From: Perna viridis
Taxonomy: Eukaryota
Assembly (NCBI GenBank): GCA_037379345.1
Contig: CM074513.1
Span: 57,019,195 to 57,083,194, forward strand
Reading direction: 5' to 3'
Length of the DNA: 64,000 nucleotides
Shown: positions 57,501 through 64,000 of the stretch, in pieces
How the letters are laid out: the number at the start of each line of letters is the position of its first letter
Position numbering within the stretch: position 1 is the stretch's first letter
Made by a program: the position numbers and the translations under genes
Notes under the pieces: model-generated
Told to the model about the DNA's origin: nothing
The model's input: the letters and a program-made list of their open reading frames with translations, nothing else
Database searches by the model: none

Positions 57501-60500
57501 ATACTACCTCGTCATTAAGTGGGGTTATAAAATTTCTGTAATATATTACCTCGTCATTAAGTGAGGTTATACTACCTCGTCATTAAGTGGGGTTATAATA
57601 TTTCTGTAATATATTACCTCGTCATTAAGTGAGGTTATAATGTAAAGATGTTGTTTTGTTGGTTATTGCTCTGCTTGTTTTATTTACATTTGTTTTAAAC
57701 ACATAAAAAAAAAAATGATGCACAAAAAAGAATTTGATATTCCATACAGATGAATATTATTTTTTTCATCAATGTATGTAATATAAAGCAAAATGAAACT
57801 AGAAAAGCTGTGAACAGAGATCATTAAAGGATACCCGCTGCTCCCTAGAAACTATACGCTCAAAATATTAACAAAGACATTCAACAGGAAATTGATGATG
57901 CTTCAGTCTGAAATCAAATTCCACAATATGGCATGCCAATATAAAGCAACATGATCAAGTGGCTCTGATTAATTGTGGCAGAGAAAACTGTAACAAAAAG
58001 TTCAGGACGGACACATGGTCACTATATACATCCTCCAAAACAGGGGGTAAAACAAACTAAATAACATATTTACATGTACTGATAACAAGAATAATACTTG
58101 TCTACAAACTTACTTAGTGATATCAACCCATTCCTTCTCCATGTGTGTGTAATGAGGAGTTGTTCTTATAAAATCTTCAACCATCTGAAACAAAGACATT
58201 ACCACATGAGTTCTAACTGATAATCACCTACAACAGGACATTTAAGATAATTTTTTCTTAATAGTGCATTATTCAGTATTTTTCAAAAAATGTTCATTTT
58301 TAAATATTTCATCAGCTGGATCAATTTTTTAGAAGAAAAAAAAAAGAAATATTTAATTCATAGTATCTCCAATTTACCTTCAAAACAGATCCTTTCCTCA
58401 TATCTTGTAGCTGTATATTTCTCATTTCTTTAGAATGCACCTGGAACATTTCTAACATAAACTCTCCACATAAAATCTTAATGTCAGCCAACTCTCTCTG
58501 TATTGGTAAACTTATGTTACGTATCTATAAAATAAATGGCATTATTGACATTCTGACATCAGCTATATTAATGGATAAAACTTACTGTGCCAAGCTGGGC
58601 TTGATTGTACAGTGGAATTTCAAAAATAAATTTTCAGATAAATTTGAGCATTTATTGCATATTTCATCACAATAAAATCAGCAGCATAATGACACTGGAA
58701 AAAAAAACTTGTAACAATAAAATCAAAGTAAGACTTGGTCAGAATGCAGTATAAATATGTTACAAATAGGAAAAAACACGCTCGAAAAAATATCTTCATC
58801 TTTATCTAGATCTTTATCTTTATCTAGATCTAGATATACATAGATAAATAGATAAATATATAAAAAAGACATCATATAAACATCATCTATCTATCAATAT
58901 TACCTCTTGAAGTGATGTTAATGTCAGAATATCTCGGTAAGCTTCCTCAGCTATATATACAGCTTCTTTTAATACCATTATTCCCTTCAAATATACAACT
59001 TATAAATAGTAATTTGAATTAAGCAGAAACCAGTTTAAATAGACTGATGGACTATTCAAAACTCACCTGTTTTTTTTGTACAAATCAGTATGGAACACTG
59101 GAAAGAGATTATTACAGTTTCAATGAGTTATCATATGCTGGTGCCTGTTTACACATTACAAAAATCTGAGGTAGTAACCCATTGGAGACATGCATTTAGG
59201 AAGTGGTTACTGGATTTGAGGAGGAGACTGACAAAACACAACACTGCCAGTACAGCGACTTGCAGAAAACAAGAGACTAACAGAATACAACACTGTCAGT
59301 ACTGAGACTGACAGAATACAATGAGACTAATAGAATACAACAATGTCAGTCCAGAAACTGACAGAATACAATGCTGCCAGTACAGTGTTATTTATAACAT
59401 GTGCTACTTGAATTTCATATTATAGGTCAAGCATATTAAGAAAGTTACTTACCTGTAAATAATAGGTATGACATATCTCCTTTTCAATGGCCTTCCTAGC
59501 CAATACTTTCAGTACAGCTGCATGTTTCTTCATTATTGGAAGGACCTCTCTCCTGTAATTCATCATTATCAACTTCTCTGATGCTGACTCAAATTTCTGT
59601 GACAGAAAATTAAATGCATGTTTTGTAAGTGTGGACTGTACAGTATAACTGACCATGTAACAAGTGACTTTTTAGTGTGGACTGTACAGTATAACTGACC
59701 ATGTAACAAGTGACTTTTTAGTGTGGACTGTACAGTATAACTGACCATGTAACAAGTGACTTTTTAGTGTGGACTGTACAGTATAACTGACCATGTAACA
59801 AGTGACTTTTTAGTCAGTACATTTTCACTGCCATTTAGTCCTCTTCATTAGCAGGACATGTAAAATTCTTTCTGAAAAACAATATCTAAAATAATCATTT
59901 CCTCAAAGATACAATTGTTTTCACCAGTACTTTATGGTCTGGGTACTATTGTTCATTTGCCATTAATCCCATGGTAAGAGATATTACAATTAACAACTAA
60001 GTTCAACTTCTACTGATAACTGTTTTTTTCCTAACATTTATGGAACATAATGATAATTGATATGGTGAATATGTCAAAGTGACAACAACTGCAACAGGAT
60101 GAAAATGTCAGACCAAGGTCACCCATGGGTCTCCAATAGTGTATTTTATACAGTTCTTTTTGAACTACCAAAATATCTTGACAGTATATTTACTGGTAAT
60201 ATACGGTCACTCACAGTATATAATACTTTGGCCCTGCCCAACTTCCAACCCTCGTTTATCATAGCATCACTTTCAGGGGGCCACTACTAGGGAAGAAATG
60301 TAAAATACACATTGTATAAAAGTTAAATTTGATTAAAAATTAATAAGGATTGCAATTTAAAGACAATAACAGTATATTGAAATAAAAATGATATAGGAAT
60401 TCTACACAAATTGGAACAACACTTGCAGCCTCAATATTATACCGGATTCAAAGCCTTATCCGTATATAGTTTTTATTTCTAGTCAATACTCTGTTATTGT

Positions 60501-63500
60501 CTATGTCAGCCTCTACCATAAATATTACATGATAAAGACATTTATTATGTCATTATTTTCTTGTTGTAGCCACCTTTTATACTAGATATACAAGACTAAC
60601 CTCACAAGCAGACAAGATTGCCTTCAACACTTTAGGTTTATTAATGTCTCTTGCATCATCTTCTAGTATAATATCAGTTTGTATCTCTGCAAATCTGAAA
60701 TATTTATAATAGTTATAATGTATTGATAAAAACCATGTTTTCTTACAATAAAGTTCAAATATATCTGTACAACTCATTAAAACTACAACTTTTACTCATG
60801 ACCCCAAATGTTAATTTAAAAAACTGTACAAATGACAGCAATTACACAAATATTATAAGATGTAACAACATAAAATGATCACAAATGATCTGTGTAAAAT
60901 CACCACTCACTTGGCTTCCATCATAGCTACAATAAATGCCGTCACACTGTTTCTGTTAGGTCTTTCATCACATATTCTGCGGAATTCACACAAACCATGA
61001 ACAAGTACTCCTCTAGCCTGAAACACATAATTACTGGATTATTAAGGATTTAGAATTTTTTATCCTGGTTTTATCATACTTACATAGCAAAATTGCAATA
61101 GCTTCTTATTTTACAGTAAATGGACTCTGACCAATATTGCAATTTGATCTAATTTTGTTTTACTTCTTATGATCTACTTACTATTTTCTTGCAGTTTCTA
61201 CTTTCATAATCATGCAATGTGGCATCAACCATTAACATAGTAGTGTTGTACCAGAACATTTCATCCCCTTGATGAATGGCTTGGGCTTGCTGACAGAAGT
61301 TAAAGGCCTGACCATGCTGGGACTCAGCTAGGGACAGTTTACCAAGAAGGTACAATATTTTTGCTTGGAGGGCTTTGTCTTCAAATGCCTGTAATATAAT
61401 AATTAACATATAATATGTTGCTTTGTAAAGCCTGATGATTGTTTTATGAATGTTTATGTACTAAGCAGAAATAAGTCTAAACATGTTAATATTGCATATA
61501 AAATGTCAGAAAATTATCAAATCAATTAGGTCAAAAATAAATAATGATGGTCATAGAGAACATATAAAAGTTATTATTCACTGTTACAAAAAATGAAGTT
61601 GTTAGGAAAGTGTAAGGTATTCTCCAACTCTTAAAGGAAGTTGGTATGGCACAGCATGTGTGTGTGTGTGTGTGTGTGTAAAGCCAGATATCATATTTAA
61701 AATCAATCCATTCACTGAAGGTCAAGATAAACGCAAAGACATTTAGGAGAACAGACAAGGTTATTGTAATATACTATCCATTCATTAAGTGGGGGTATAG
61801 AAAGTGGCTTCATAAGAAAAGTAAACAAGTCACATTTTGATCTCTAAACAATAAACTGAAATAAAAAAAAATTATTCTTTTTTTCCTCATTGAATGATCA
61901 GATTCTATGACAAAAATGTTGATTAACTTACAACACCAGCATTGTTAGCTTCATTCAGGAATTCTCTTGCAGTTTGATAGTTACACTGTAACAAAAATAA
62001 TGTACATAGAAGACTAAAATAATATAATGTACACATAAGACTAAAATTTTACTTTTGTTAATACAATGCATAAGATGTTTACAAAAAATCAAAATAATAA
62101 AAAAAATATACATCTACTTAATACATCCTACACAGTTAGCTCAGAGTTTATATACCAATTTAGTTTCAATGGTGTGTGTCTACATCACAAACTTGTGATT
62201 AGTAACTCAGTGATATCTTCTCTTAGTTCTCTGATGTGTTTATATACAGTTATGGGAGCTCAAAGCTTGCAATATCATGTTTATTGAACATTTAATATAA
62301 TCAATATCTCTTTTTAAGTTATATTGTAAAGAATGATATTGCATGTACTGGCTGCCATAATTTTTTCAATACATTTCTCTGTAAAATTTTAAACAATTTC
62401 ACACTCAGGAAGTTACTCTTCATCTTGATTTTTAACAAATATTTTGGTCAGGGCATGAAGATTCCCATTTCCTGTTAACCGAGCAAGTGAAATATTGCAT
62501 GGGAAAGCCGGGATATTCTCAGTACTTCCCATCTGAAAAGTAATTTCTTGCAAAATAGTTTGATGCTGTCTTTCTGTAAAAAGCTCTACAGGGCTTATGT
62601 TTATTATTGAATCCAACTGAATTTCCATGTAAACTTCCTATTTTCTTTACATTTTACTAGCTGGTACTGGATGTAAGATTATTTTTGTAGTCTAAGATTA
62701 TTTTTGTAGTCCAGAAGTTACGTTTTCTTGAACCAGTTTATGTGCGTTTGGGTTTCCATCAATGGATGTCTATGAGGATCATTATTTTACGGTTACATAA
62801 ATTATACCAGTAATGCTTGACTTTTGTAGGACAATGACCACCTTTTGTAACGTAAGATAACTCTGAGCTTAAATGAGATATAGCTTACCTGTAATGAAAC
62901 AAATGGTTTACAATGTATTCATTTATCTATCCATAAGCATGGAAACAAAATCGAACGCATCTGCACTGGTTTACGATCATGTGAACCATTTTATAGGATA
63001 ACAGCTGTTGTAACAAAAATGGACAAAACTGATATTTTCCAAAGAATCTAAAATACCCTCCAGTTAGGCTCAGAGTGCCAGATTATGCATCTTACTTTTT
63101 TAATTTTCTCAGGGGGGAGTGTGCATGCCCCCAAACACCCCAGCAGGTTCACACAGGAATATTGAAATTTCTTCATGGAAAGTGAATTATTTCCTTAACT
63201 TACCTAAGGGAAAGTGTGGTTTAAAAAAATTCTTCGTGCCCTGTAATGGTATACATTTAATGTGATCGAGTCAAGTATCACAATTTTTTTTTCATATGTA
63301 TTTGTTTTTGGCTGTCTTTTCAAAAGTGAACAGATTTATGCAAATACTTAGAAGATTTTTTTTTCAATTAATATTGGTCAGAATCTAATAATTTTGCCAC
63401 TGAAAATAATTTTATTCTAAACAGAAACAGCCAATGTCAGCCATGAAATATCAGTCCTAATCAAAATGCCAAGTGTGCATTATCACAAAGTATGAATGTA

Positions 63501-64000
63501 TCAGAAATACATTGTTTTAATGGAAATGATAAAATATGAAATGTAATAACACCACATATCTGTCCACACACCTCTAGTGTAACCACATATCTGTCTGAAA
63601 AGTAACTCAGTCATGTCTATTCAAATATTGGTAGTGTGTCTATACATGTACCACATACCTGTCTGATAAGTAACTCAGCTATATCTGTCCACACTTCTCT
63701 GTAGGTAATTACACTCAGCATTTTACCTAGATGAGATGGTATGACTTGTTCCTCAGCCTGAAGTAAAGAAATAAATTGAAATACATACATGTGTTTCCTG
63801 AATCTTTATTTGCTTTTTTGCATTACACTTATATCTAACCTATATTTGTTTTATATGTTTACATCTAATACAGTCAAATACAAATTAAGCAGTGCCAATA
63901 AGTTGAAACACATCAATATATCTTATCTTTTACCATGCTAATGACAGCACTTGAAGGATTTGTTCTTGGCTGTGGTGTCTTCTTATTAGCCTGAGCTTCT
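36560..64000 (-). CDS. CFAP46: Cilia- and flagella-associated protein 46 (TTC40)-like, 3' part, many exons
   Basis: Minus-strand GT-AG exons, e.g. ~61181-61388, ~60911-61018, 59453-59596, ~53790-53879 (MELVDCYGQYDPQSASQFLALFQ), ~53303-53486, 51372-~51563, ~49251-49376, ~47842-48059 (LLADPMLMQMPLEAL...ISRDFSLQM), 42025-42127, ~40964-41077 (FVFYGMEKF), ~40566-40647, last exon 36560-36819 (NMVVYGLPN, TAA). Identity recognised from these C-terminal motifs. Confidence 0.78.
37465..37800 (-). mobile_element. Penelope-like retroelement GIY-YIG endonuclease fragment
   Basis: TCKTENTIFLLQCQCGLHYIGETEQPFNRRMNGH...PLSRHL...H...IIIEH. Confidence 0.8.
38101..38195 (+). mobile_element. tRNA-derived SINE head / tRNA-like pseudogene
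   Basis: Box A tggccgaatgg and box B gagttcgagtccc with an expanded non-cloverleaf middle. Confidence 0.55.
38620..40240 (-). mobile_element. Nested HINE-like repeats with ~165-bp internal tandem units
   Basis: Repeated ggtaatatgcacaattacatatg...gtgctgacaaggtaatttatgagg units 38700-39450; hairpin ccccaccaaagtgggg at ~39507; 39540-40240 similar to 35340-35935. Confidence 0.6.
41424..42089. repeat. ~77-bp minisatellite (about 9 units) derived from a CFAP46 exon end plus donor site
   Basis: Unit ccttggagcatggtcatcacccataacacctaaccacctagcagttaactgttggtcatactcctcaatgtaacctac; the rightmost copy is the coding exon end. Confidence 0.92.
49527..51378. repeat. 30-bp minisatellite in three blocks (~49527-49972, ~50095-50700, ~51172-51378)
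   Basis: Unit acaacacctacccgtgtacacgaccaataa; explains the KQHLPVYTTN ORFs. Confidence 0.95.
56759..57640. repeat. Compound 42/51-bp minisatellite
   Basis: Core tactacctcttcattaagtggggttataata with alternative spacers tttctgtaata or cgaccaaggtgactccaata. Confidence 0.92.
59225..59385. repeat. Degenerate short tandem repeat (actgacagaatacaa-type)
   Basis: Direct reading. Confidence 0.7.
59628..59811. repeat. 46-bp unit x4 perfect tandem repeat
   Basis: agtgtggactgtacagtataactgaccatgtaacaagtgacttttt at 59628, 59674, 59720, 59766. Confidence 0.95.
61658..61679. repeat. (GT)n microsatellite
   Basis: Direct reading. Confidence 0.95.

Noticed and set aside
56759-57640. CRISPR-like repeat/spacer look; 100-aa repetitive ORF
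   Set aside because: Spacers are only two recurring types, context is eukaryotic intron, no cas genes.
62413-62628. 71-aa minus-strand ORF in a CFAP46 intron
   Set aside because: No recognisable motif and no splice sites I could tie into the gene.

Overview
AT-rich, intron-rich animal genomic DNA; repeat families and gene style suggest a bivalve mollusc such as a Mytilus mussel (inference). Host genes: (1) a multi-exon, full-length Schlafen-like gene on + (Schlafen RNase-fold domain, SW linker, SF1 helicase; ends at 9611); (2) two tandem quiver/sleepless-like Ly6 three-finger genes on + (16484-17699 and 22654-34247); (3) the 3' part of a CFAP46-like gene on - (36560 to beyond 64000). The main feature is a GC-rich 8.67-kb endogenous Polinton/Maverick (adintovirus-type) element at 23214-31885 inside an intron of the second Ly6 gene. 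It has 130-bp AGTAGT-capped TIRs, a near-perfect 6-bp TSD, a collinear virion module (major and minor capsid, packaging ATPase, core/membrane-active proteins, PLA2), and integrase, protease and pPolB remnants joined by three apparent internal deletions. A shared ATAAA...ATG motif precedes nearly every viral ORF, GxG-hydrophobic candidate maturation sites recur, and two Zn-binding ORFs share an N-terminal motif. Also present: a hAT element with a 5-bp TSD carrying a nested retro-fragment and two hammerhead-like motifs, a structured GC island, a Penelope GIY-YIG remnant, a tRNA-derived SINE head, several HINE/MITE repeats, and minisatellites built from CFAP46 5' splice sites. Family assignments come from motif recognition by eye; no searches were run.
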